DNA from: an uncultured Elusimicrobiales bacterium
GTDB lineage: Bacteria > Elusimicrobiota > Elusimicrobia > Elusimicrobiales > Elusimicrobiaceae
NCBI GenBank assembly: GCA_964413345.1
Contig: CAYPTM010000001.1
Coordinates: 1-37,415, forward strand
Reading direction: 5' to 3'
DNA: 37,415 nucleotides
In this document: piece by piece, positions 1 through 7,361 of the stretch
How the letters are laid out: every line of letters begins with the position of its first letter
Numbering within the stretch: position 1 is the first letter of the stretch
Notes under the pieces: generated by a model
The model's input: only the letters and a program-made list of their open reading frames with translations
The model's database searches: none
What the model was told of the DNA's origin: nothing
Position numbers and translations under genes: made by a program

Positions 1-1199
1 TCATAATACTTTGTCTTGAAATTGGCGCCGGAAGTCTCGACAAGCCGTAAACCGTCCGCGACCTTCCATGCATATCCGCTGTAAGCATACTCGCCGTCAT
101 TCTGCGGAAATGTGACGGCAAGGCGGACATCCTTTGAAGAGCGGAATTCCTCCATGCGGGCGAGCACTGCCGCGGACGATTTCGCCACCACCTCGTTGGC
201 TATTTTCAGCGCCGCGAGGTAGGAAGTGTCCGACGCCAGCGCGGCGGCTGTCTGCTCCGGCGTTTCCGCCGGAACACCCACCAGCCCGCTGAACAGAGAG
301 AAAACGCTTTCCCCCTTCTCCACCCGCTGCCGCCAGTCCGGGATACGGTCAAGGCGGTTCATCATGACAATGCACTGCTGGGCGCCAGTGTAATAGAGCC
401 TGTCCGACATTATGTTGGACGCGGAATCTTCCGGCACCTTGCCCGAGGCGATGCCCGTAAGATAGTCCAGAATCCAGGCGCGGCGAACGCCCTCCGCGCT
501 ATTGTCGCCGGAAGAGGCGTCCTCGATATAGCGGGCGGTTCCCTCCAGCGTTTCCTGGTCGTTGGTGGCCCGGCCTATTTCCGGATATTTGGACATCAGC
601 AGACGCCGCATTGCCACGAAACGCCTGTAATGCTCGTCCTTGTCCACCGACGCGCCGCTTGCCAAATACATATCCTCCATGAAGCCGATGGCAAGAGCTT
701 CAGCCGGAATATCCGCCGGAATGATGCCCGTCCCATCCCTGAGCGGCGCGAACCCTGCCTGATACATATGGAAGAGCTCATGCGTTATAGTACTGACTTT
801 TTCCCACTTGGCCGCCCCGGCGGGGAAACGGAAGACCGACACATCGGACCCGGCGTAGGGATAGTGGAGCATGAACCCGGTCTTTATACCCCCGAAAACG
901 TTTGGGCAGGAGGAAAACGCCGTGGTGCCGGGAACCAGCATCGGATAGCATTCTCTTGGAACGGAGGACCGCCACGCGGTGGAGCAGCGGGATTCGCCCC
1001 CCTCGCATATGACCACCGGATATTTGGAAATGTCGAAACCGGGCCACATCCCCCGCGACACGGCGGGCGCGCTGGCGTAGATCCTCAGCAGATTCAGGAA
1101 TTCGGCCTTTTCAGGGCTGACCTTGACCGGCCCCGCCCACGCTCCGCGCGGCATGAACAAAAGAGCCAGCGCCAGCGCTGACAAAACAAGTTTCGCCAT
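1..1199 (-). CDS. Secreted HExxH-motif protein, peptidase_MA-like putative zinc metallopeptidase (C-terminus runs off the window)
   Basis: Absent from the supplied ORF track because it has no stop inside the window. Manual minus-strand translation from ATG 1199..1197 (preceded by GGGAGTGGAAT) stays open to position 3. N-terminus MAKLVLSALALALLFMPRGAWAGPVKV looks like a signal peptide. KVSTITHELFHMYQ has HELFH at 782..768, and QETLEGTARYIED lies about 60 aa later. This HExxH plus EGxAxY pattern is what I recall for MA-clan-like domains. Family call is from memory only. Confidence 0.6.
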   Translation of the reverse strand, partial: MAKLVLSALALALLFMPRGAWAGPVKVSPEKAEFLNLLRIYASAPAVSRGMWPGFDISKYPVVICEGGESRCSTAWRSSVPRECYPMLVPGTTAFSSCPNVFGGIKTGFMLHYPYAGSDVSVFRFPAGAAKWEKVSTITHELFHMYQAGFAPLRDGTGIIPADIPAEALAIGFMEDMYLASGASVDKDEHYRRFVAMRRLLMSKYPEIGRATNDQETLEGTARYIEDASSGDNSAEGVRRAWILDYLTGIASGKVPEDSASNIMSDRLYYTGAQQCIVMMNRLDRIPDWRQRVEKGESVFSLFSGLVGVPAETPEQTAAALASDTSYLAALKIANEVVAKSSAAVLARMEEFRSSKDVRLAVTFPQNDGEYAYSGYAWKVADGLRLVETSGANFKTKYY

Positions 1200-1245
1200 A
1201 TTCCACTCCCATTCAACGTCGAATTAAAAGCAACACTTCCATATT

Positions 1246-1293
1246 ACAAAACAAAACGGCCGGAATCCCTTCGATAAAAAAGGGATTCCGGCC
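1246..1293 (-). terminator. Rho-independent terminator closing the trx-fdx-OMF-RND-DUF2892 operon
   Basis: Perfect 13-bp stem ggccggaatccct (1258-1270) / agggattccggcc (1281-1293) with a 10-nt loop. On the minus strand it is followed by GTTTTGTTTTGT (1257..1246). It starts about 14 nt after the stop at 1308. Confidence 0.75.
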
Positions 1294-1307
1294 CTGATTC
1301 AATGCGT

Positions 1308-1499
1308 TTATTTGAAGCCTAGCCGGCCCAGAATCCACATGGCCGGGCACCATTTGGTGAACGCCGACTGGATGAGATTCAGCGCCGCGAATACCGTAAG
1401 CAGATGGAACCACGGGCTGACGAACCAGCCAAGCGTAGTGCCGGCCAGAGTGACCAACCCCGCCAAAAGCCGCAACATGTCGTTCATGGACATTTTCAT
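1308..1499 (-). CDS. DUF2892-like (YgaP membrane-domain-like) small two-helix membrane protein
   Basis: 63 aa with two hydrophobic helices. GWFVSPWFHLLTVFAALNLIQSAFTKWCPAMWIL resembles the DUF2892 signature (NL-Q-S-F-T-x-x-CP) as I recall it. ATG 1499 overlaps the RND stop (ATGA). Confidence 0.7.
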   Translation of the reverse strand: MKMSMNDMLRLLAGLVTLAGTTLGWFVSPWFHLLTVFAALNLIQSAFTKWCPAMWILGRLGFK

Positions 1500-4400
1500 T
1501 TTTTCCCTCCTTCAGAGCGGCTGTTGAACAGATAATACAAGGCCGGCACCGCGGTGCGCGACAGCAGCGTGGAAGCGATAGCGCCGCCGATAAGCGATAT
1601 CGCGAGCCCCTGGAATATGGGGTCGAAAAGAATCACGCCACCAGCCACTACCACGGCGGCCGCGGTCAGCAGCATGGGACGGAAGCGGGCCAGACCGGCG
1701 TCTATGCAGGCCTGAGACAGGCTTTCACCTTCGCGAAGACGCAGTTCGATGAAGTCAACCAGTATGATAGAGTTGCGCACGACTATGCCCGCGCCCGCTA
1801 TGAAACCTATCATGGAAGTGGCGGTGAAGAAGGAGTCCATAATCCAGTGACCGGGCAGAACGCCTATCAGCGTCAGAGGAATGGGGGCCATTATCACCAG
1901 CGGGGTTATGAAGCTGCCGAACCACGCCACCACCAGCACGTAAATGAGAATCATCACTATGGCGAAGGAAACGCCCATGTCGCGGAAGACTTCGTAAGTC
2001 ACCTGCCACTCCCCGTCCCACTTTATGGCGGTACCGCCGCCGGAGAGTTCAGGCTGTCCGGCATAGTACTGCTCGATGGAGATTCCCCTGGATTTGGCCA
2101 GTTCATCTATCTTTCCGCGCAGCTCGGCAATGGCGTAGACCGGGCTTTCTATGACCCCGGCCACCTCAGCCGTCACATAGGTCACCTTCTGCAGGTTCTT
2201 CCGGTACAGGGGCAGTTCGGCCTCGCGCTGCTTCTGCCCGAGCAGCCCGCCCAGAGGCAGCGCGGTGCCGTTGGGCGAATACAGCCGGAGGGACTTAAGC
2301 CCGGCCAGCGATTCCCTGTTCTTCTCCGACAGGCGGAGATTTATTTCCACAGGTTCCAGCTCGCCCCGGACGTGGGCCAGCCCGATATCCGAACCGGAGA
2401 GGGACATATAGGCGGTCTGCGTGATTTCGGAAGACGATATGCCGTTAAGCGTGGCCTTCTGCCTGTCAACCGTCATCGTGGACAAAGGCTGCGGCGCCGG
2501 GATATAACTGTCCGCGTCGACCACGCCGGGGGTGGAGGACAGCAGGTCCTTTATCGCCAGCGCGAGACTGTTGCGCTTGTCGTCATCCTCATTGTAAACC
2601 TCCACTACCAGAGTGGACAGCACCGGCGGGCCGGGAGGGACTTCCGCCACCTGCACGCGCGCGCCGTAGCGCCGGGCTATCTCCGCCAGACCGGGACGCG
2701 CGGCGGAGGCTATCTCATGGCTCTGCCGCTTGCGCTTGTCCTTGCCGGCCAGGTTGACCTGTATGTCCGCCTGCCAGGGCCTGCTCCGCATGAAGTAATG
2801 CCGCACAAGGCCGTTGAAGTTATGCGGGCCGGCGGTGCCGGCATACGTTTCCATGTCCACCACTTCCGGCAGTGTGGCAAGATAGCGCGCCATCTCGTCT
2901 GCCGCCTGTCTCGTCAGGGAGAATGGGGACGATTCCGGCATATTTATTATCACCTGGAATTCGTTCTTGTTGTCGAAGGGCAGCATCTTCACCTGGACAA
3001 GCCGGGAGGGGATCAGCGCGACGGCAAGCAGCACCAGTCCGAACGTTACGGCCAGAGAGGCATACAGCGCCCCGCGGCTTGCGAACAGACGGAGCATGAG
3101 CCATTCGTAGGCCCTGTCAGCCAGGGATTTCCTTTTAGGGGCGCAATGTGTCGGCGGCCACTTTTCAAGGATGAGGGAAAACAGCCAGGGGGTGACAATG
3201 AACGCCACGCCGAGCGAGAGAATCATCGCGGCTGAAGCGCCCACCGGTATGGGCATCATGTAGGGCCCCATCATGCCGCTGACAAAAGCCATCGGCAGTA
3301 TCGCCGCTATGACCGTCAGCGTAGCCAGTATGGTGGGATTGCCGACCTCGTCCACGGCGCGCAGCGCGGCCTTCCACTTGGGACATTCCGGGTCTATCGC
3401 GCAATGCCGGTGAATGTTCTCTACGACAACTATGGCGTCGTCCACCAGAATGCCAATCGAGAATATGAGCGCGAACAGCGTGATGCGGTTCAGCGTGTAG
3501 CCGAAGAGGTAATAAACAAGCAGCGTAAGGCCCAGCGTCACCGGCACCGCCACAAGCACCACGAGCGATTCCCTTATGCCGAGCGCAAAGGCCATAAGCA
3601 GCGTGACCGAGAGGGTTGCGAGAAGCATGTGGAAAAGCAGTTCGTCCGACTTTTCCTTGGCCGTCTCGCCGTAGTTGCGGGTGACGGTCCAACTTACGTT
3701 ATGCGGCACAACAGTTCCCTTAAGGGCGGACAGGCGGGCCAGAGCTTCCTCCGCGACATGAGTGGCATTGGCGCCCTTGCGCTTCGCCACCGTCAGGGTC
3801 ACAGAAGGTTCCGGGGCGCTCCCGCCGCGGTATATGAGAGTCTCGCTCTCCGTGTCGTCAGGACCGTCGGTGACGACGGCAACGTCGGAGAGGCGCACGG
3901 GATGCCCGTCCCACAGCCCCACTATGGTATTTTTAAGGTCCTCCGCGCCGCGAATGAAGGAATCGGTTTCCACCAGCACGGCCGCCTTGCCGGAGGACAC
4001 CCGTCCCGAAGGGAGATTGCTGTTCGACTGGGATATCACGCCGGCAAGCTGGAGCGGAGTCAGCCGCCGGGCCGCCAGCGCTTCCGGGTCAAAGCGCACG
4101 AGCAGCTTGCGCTTCCTTCCCCCGATTATGTTGGTCTCCGAAACTTCCGGTATGGAAGAAAGCTCTTCCCGCACGGCGGCCGCCACGCGGCGGAGCGCGA
4201 GGGAATTCCCCTCCCCGCCGTGGAAGGTCAGCGCCAGTATGGGAACGTCATCTATGCTGCGCGGCTTTATGAGCGGCTGGCCCGCCCCGGGGGGCATGAA
4301 ATCGGCGTTGGAGGAGACCTTCGTGAAAAGACGCGTCATCGCCTCCTCGGCGTTCTGCCCCACCTTGAAGCGGACTATGAAGATGGCGAAATTGTTCTCC

Positions 4401-4678
4401 GCCGTGGAATAGACATATTCGACGCCAGGTATTTCCATCAGCTTGCGCTGGCCCACTGGGCCAAGGCGCTCGTCCACCTCGCTGGCAGCGGCGCCGGGGA
4501 AAGGCACCATCACATCGAACATCGGAACGGATATCTGCGGCTCTTCCTCGCGCGGGAGGCGCACGGCGGCGAACAGCCCCATGAGCAGGCTGGCCAGTAC
4601 CAGCAGCGGCGTTATCTTCGAGCGGACGAAAGCCTGGGCTATGGACCCGGCCGCGCCCATTTTTTCCAAAGTATTCAT
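1496..4678 (-). CDS. RND efflux transporter permease (AcrB/CzcA superfamily)
   Basis: 1060 aa. An N-terminal TM helix is followed by a large periplasmic loop, and this architecture repeats in the second half. TM4 motif FSIGILVDDAIVVVENI carries the paired-Asp proton relay. ATGA overlap with the OMF gene at 4675-4678. Confidence 0.9.
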   Translation of the reverse strand: MNTLEKMGAAGSIAQAFVRSKITPLLVLASLLMGLFAAVRLPREEEPQISVPMFDVMVPFPGAAASEVDERLGPVGQRKLMEIPGVEYVYSTAENNFAIFIVRFKVGQNAEEAMTRLFTKVSSNADFMPPGAGQPLIKPRSIDDVPILALTFHGGEGNSLALRRVAAAVREELSSIPEVSETNIIGGRKRKLLVRFDPEALAARRLTPLQLAGVISQSNSNLPSGRVSSGKAAVLVETDSFIRGAEDLKNTIVGLWDGHPVRLSDVAVVTDGPDDTESETLIYRGGSAPEPSVTLTVAKRKGANATHVAEEALARLSALKGTVVPHNVSWTVTRNYGETAKEKSDELLFHMLLATLSVTLLMAFALGIRESLVVLVAVPVTLGLTLLVYYLFGYTLNRITLFALIFSIGILVDDAIVVVENIHRHCAIDPECPKWKAALRAVDEVGNPTILATLTVIAAILPMAFVSGMMGPYMMPIPVGASAAMILSLGVAFIVTPWLFSLILEKWPPTHCAPKRKSLADRAYEWLMLRLFASRGALYASLAVTFGLVLLAVALIPSRLVQVKMLPFDNKNEFQVIINMPESSPFSLTRQAADEMARYLATLPEVVDMETYAGTAGPHNFNGLVRHYFMRSRPWQADIQVNLAGKDKRKRQSHEIASAARPGLAEIARRYGARVQVAEVPPGPPVLSTLVVEVYNEDDDKRNSLALAIKDLLSSTPGVVDADSYIPAPQPLSTMTVDRQKATLNGISSSEITQTAYMSLSGSDIGLAHVRGELEPVEINLRLSEKNRESLAGLKSLRLYSPNGTALPLGGLLGQKQREAELPLYRKNLQKVTYVTAEVAGVIESPVYAIAELRGKIDELAKSRGISIEQYYAGQPELSGGGTAIKWDGEWQVTYEVFRDMGVSFAIVMILIYVLVVAWFGSFITPLVIMAPIPLTLIGVLPGHWIMDSFFTATSMIGFIAGAGIVVRNSIILVDFIELRLREGESLSQACIDAGLARFRPMLLTAAAVVVAGGVILFDPIFQGLAISLIGGAIASTLLSRTAVPALYYLFNSRSEGGKK

Positions 4679-6039
4679 TTTTTATCTCCCGACAGGGCGG
4701 CGCTGACGCCTTCCACGGCGGCCCAGTCCAGCCGCCCGGAAACGAACATGAGGGCGGCGTAAATAGAATGCAGTTTGAATATGACTTCGGCGCGGGCGGC
4801 GCGGGCGTTCATGAGCGCGGCTTCGGCCCGGGCCACCTCAAGCACGCTCTGCCGGCCCTGCCGGAACAGCGGCTTGAAAAGCTCAAGGGAGCGCTCCGCG
4901 TCCGCGACGGCTTCCTCCGCCTGCGGCAGAACGGCGAGCGCGCCCTCGTAATCGCGGTAATACTGCGCCACCTGCGCAGCCACGCCGTCGCGCAGTGCGA
5001 GGGCCGCGTTTTCAGCCTGTCTTCTGGCGGCCTCCTTTTCCTGCACTCGGGCCGAGCGGGTAAAATCCCCGAATGGAAGAGTAAGGCCCACCCCGGCTAT
5101 CTGCCTTATGGGATTTGTGCTGAAATTGCCGGTGTTGGAGTTGAGCGAAGCGAAAACCCCTATCTGCGGCAGGGAGGAGTTCTCCTCGATGCCCCTGGCG
5201 ATTGCGGCGGCGTCGGCCTGCAGTTTCGCCGCAGCGATATCGCCGCGCCGGGCCTCCAGCCCCGAGAGCAGTTCCGCCTCCGGCGGAAGCTGGTAGACAT
5301 GGCGGGCAAGGCCTCCCGCGAGAGAAAGCCGCGCGCCGGATTCAACGCCCATCATAACAAGCAGCGAGGCCTGCGCCGCCCGGGCGTCCTTCTCGAAACC
5401 GGTGCGGGCGGAGTTGAGCGAGCCCAGTATGGCGCGCGCGGCGTAGTAATCGGAACCGAGAACAAGCCCGCGGGCCTTCAGCCTGTCGGCGGTCTCAAGC
5501 TCCACCGACGTAAGGCGGGCAGCCTCCCCCGCGAGGCGGGCCAGTTCGTTTTTCAGAGAAAAGACGAGATATTTCTGCACCGTCTCGAACGCAGATGCGC
5601 TGCCGGCGAAACCAAGGGCCGCCTCGCCCTGCGCCACCGCCGCGCCGCCGAGGCGTTTGTAGTCGCGTATCCGGTAGCCGGTGAACAGGGGGACGTTCAT
5701 CTCAACGCTGTTGGAAAAATTGGCGTGCGCGTCAGGCGTGTTCAGCTTGTCGAGCGCGAAATCCGACATGCCGAACTTGCTCTGCCTGAGAAGAGAGCCG
5801 AAGACATACACCGGGTCATCCCCTTCAGTAAGTTCGGAACGGAACTGGAAACCCGGCAGGGCCATGGCGTCGGCCCGGCGCAGTACCGCCCGGGCCTGGT
5901 CCACCATGGCGGAACGGCTTTTAAGGTCATAGCTGTGCCCGAGCGTCTTCCTGACCGCACCGGAGAGGGACACGCTCTCCTCCGCCATCGCCGGCGCTGA
6001 AAGAAGCGCCAGCGCCGCAAACGCTATCATGTTTTTCAT
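4675..6039 (-). CDS. Outer-membrane efflux protein, TolC/OMF family
   Basis: 454 aa with signal peptide MKNMIAFAALALLSAPAMA. Long Ala/Arg/Glu-rich helical repeats alternate with short beta segments (NVPLFTGYRI, GLTLPFGDF), typical of OEP repeats. It lies directly upstream of the RND gene and overlaps it. Confidence 0.85.
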   Translation of the reverse strand: MKNMIAFAALALLSAPAMAEESVSLSGAVRKTLGHSYDLKSRSAMVDQARAVLRRADAMALPGFQFRSELTEGDDPVYVFGSLLRQSKFGMSDFALDKLNTPDAHANFSNSVEMNVPLFTGYRIRDYKRLGGAAVAQGEAALGFAGSASAFETVQKYLVFSLKNELARLAGEAARLTSVELETADRLKARGLVLGSDYYAARAILGSLNSARTGFEKDARAAQASLLVMMGVESGARLSLAGGLARHVYQLPPEAELLSGLEARRGDIAAAKLQADAAAIARGIEENSSLPQIGVFASLNSNTGNFSTNPIRQIAGVGLTLPFGDFTRSARVQEKEAARRQAENAALALRDGVAAQVAQYYRDYEGALAVLPQAEEAVADAERSLELFKPLFRQGRQSVLEVARAEAALMNARAARAEVIFKLHSIYAALMFVSGRLDWAAVEGVSAALSGDKK

Positions 6040-6040
6040 A

Positions 6041-6235
6041 TCACACCAACCTCACAGCGTGGTGGGGGCAGACGACCACGCACTTGCCGCACCCCACGCA
6101 TTTCGCGGAATCAATCTCCGCCGTACCGCCTAAAAAACCATGCTTCTGCGACACCGCCTTGACCGGACAAGTCCTCTTTACGGCACACATCGGGGAACCG
6201 TCGCATGACGCGGCGGACACTGTTGCCTTTTTCAT
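6041..6235 (-). CDS. Small 7-Cys ferredoxin (dicluster 4Fe-4S-type fold, first motif degenerate)
   Basis: 64 aa. Canonical CVGCGKCVVVCP, plus N-terminal SCDGSPMCAVKRTCP in which the second Cys position is Ser. 7 Cys in total. Its stop is 1 nt before the OMF ATG, and its start is 1 nt after the trx stop. Confidence 0.7.
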   Translation of the reverse strand: MKKATVSAASCDGSPMCAVKRTCPVKAVSQKHGFLGGTAEIDSAKCVGCGKCVVVCPHHAVRLV

Positions 6236-6236
6236 G

Positions 6237-6590
6237 TTATTTTACCCCCAGCACTTCAGCCGCGGCCTTCTCCAGCGTCTCTTTGGGAAGAGCCCCGCGC
6301 GCCATCTGCGGCTTCCCCTCGAGCGGGACGAACAGCAGGGACGGGATGCTCTGCACGCCGAACGCCGTGGCCAGTTCCTGCTCATTATCGACATTTACCT
6401 TGTAGATATCAAGTTTTCCGGCGTAAGAGGCCGCGACCTCCTCAAGGACCGGGGCCAGCATCTTGCACGGCCCGCACCAGTCCGCGTAAAAATCCACGAT
6501 GCATGGCCGCGCGCCGGAAAACTTCCAGTCTCCGCCGGCTCTGAAATCGAATATTTTCTCCCTGAACGAATCCGCAGTAAGATGCTCCAT
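6237..6590 (-). CDS. trxA: Thioredoxin
   Basis: 117 aa with WCGPCK active site and cis-Pro context QSIPSLLF. No signal peptide. Strong SD AAGGAGGAGTT precedes ATG 6590. Confidence 0.85.
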   Translation of the reverse strand: MEHLTADSFREKIFDFRAGGDWKFSGARPCIVDFYADWCGPCKMLAPVLEEVAASYAGKLDIYKVNVDNEQELATAFGVQSIPSLLFVPLEGKPQMARGALPKETLEKAAAEVLGVK

Positions 6591-6682
6591 AACTCCTCCT
6601 TTTTAAAAGACGGTTTGCCCGCCCTCTACTGATTAGATGCGGGAAACGGCTAAAAGGATGCGCGTTATTTTTACGGAAGGAA

Positions 6683-7228
6683 TCAGCGGAAGGAGGCGAG
6701 CTGCTTTTTAAGCGCCAGCCGCGCGCGGTGAAGCCGGGCCTTGAAAGCCGCCAGCGAAACACCGGCGCGCCTTGCGGCATCCGCGCCGGTCATGCCCTCG
6801 ATATCGCAGAGGGTGACCGCCATGCGCTGTTCCGGCGGAAGGGAGGAAAGCGCCCGGCTGACCGCGCGGGAAAGCTCATTCTTGAGCACGTTCTCATTGA
6901 CGCAGGAGCGGGAAGGATGACCCTTCTCGTTTTCGGAAGGCAGGTCGGCGCGGGCTTCGCTTTTTGCCTTGCGAAAGCGCTGCCAGCAGTTATTGGCGGC
7001 TATGCGGTAGAGCCAGGTGCTGAAGGCCGCGTTGGAGCGGAAAGTCCCTATGTTTTTCAAAGCGGCGATAAAGGTCTCCTGCGCCACGTCCTCCGCTTCG
7101 GAAGGCATGCGCGCGCACACGCCGGAGGCTATTGCGTACAGCCTGTCGCGGTAGCGGAGAACAAGCTCCTCAAACGCTTTTTCGTCACCCCGGGAAGCCC
7201 GGGCAACCAGCTCTTTTTCCTCATCCAT
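6683..7228 (-). CDS. ECF-type (group IV) sigma-70 family RNA polymerase sigma factor
   Basis: 181 aa. Region 2 is DVAQETFIAALKNIGTFR...FSTWLYRIAANNCWQRFRK. Region 4 HTH is EQRMAVTLCDIEGMTGADAARRAGVSLAAFKARLHRARLALKK. Confidence 0.9.
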   Translation of the reverse strand: MDEEKELVARASRGDEKAFEELVLRYRDRLYAIASGVCARMPSEAEDVAQETFIAALKNIGTFRSNAAFSTWLYRIAANNCWQRFRKAKSEARADLPSENEKGHPSRSCVNENVLKNELSRAVSRALSSLPPEQRMAVTLCDIEGMTGADAARRAGVSLAAFKARLHRARLALKKQLASFR

Positions 7229-7257
7229 GATGATAGCGAATCAGCTCCAGGCAATAT

Positions 7258-7287
7258 TTTATAACATTGCGGTCCCTCCTCCGTCAA
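7258..7287 (-). promoter_or_regulatory. Sigma70-like promoter candidate for the ECF sigma gene
   Basis: Minus strand: TTGACG (7287..7282), 18-nt spacer, TGT-TATAAA (extended -10; TATAAA = 7263..7258), about 30 nt upstream of ATG 7228. Confidence 0.45.
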
Positions 7288-7296
7288 AGAAATAAC

Positions 7297-7325
7297 TTGA
7301 ATCGGAGGTAAAAGTATCGTATATA
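7297..7325 (+). promoter_or_regulatory. Sigma70-like promoter candidate for pilM
   Basis: TTGAAT (7297-7302), 17-nt spacer, TATATA (7320-7325), about 36 nt upstream of ATG 7362. It is back to back with the sigma-gene promoter candidate. Confidence 0.45.
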
Positions 7326-7361
7326 TTGAGATATGGTAATTATTGCGCGCCGGGGATACTG

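Noticed and set aside
1847-6000. Long plus-strand ORFs (1847-3235, 3404-4762, 4768-6000; 410-462 aa) antisense to the RND and OMF genes
   Set aside because: Their translations are Arg/Gly/His/Pro-rich low-complexity strings with no recognisable motifs. They exactly shadow well-supported minus-strand genes. This is the typical stop-codon-poor antisense frame of GC-rich DNA.
6041-6235. The idea that the Cys-rich 64-aa protein is a zinc-binding (ZAS) anti-sigma factor for the adjacent ECF sigma
   Set aside because: It lacks the HxxxCxxC ZAS motif and the anti-sigma helical layout. It has a canonical CxxCxxCxxxCP ferredoxin motif, and thioredoxin separates it from the sigma gene.
7326-7361. N-terminal extensions in the ORF track for pilM (TTG 7326), pilN (8483), pilO (8976), the methyltransferase (16881) and coaD (23143)
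   Set aside because: The extensions overlap upstream genes or lack homology-like sequence. Internal ATG/GTG starts give N-termini matching family expectations and have SD-like sequences or ATGA coupling.
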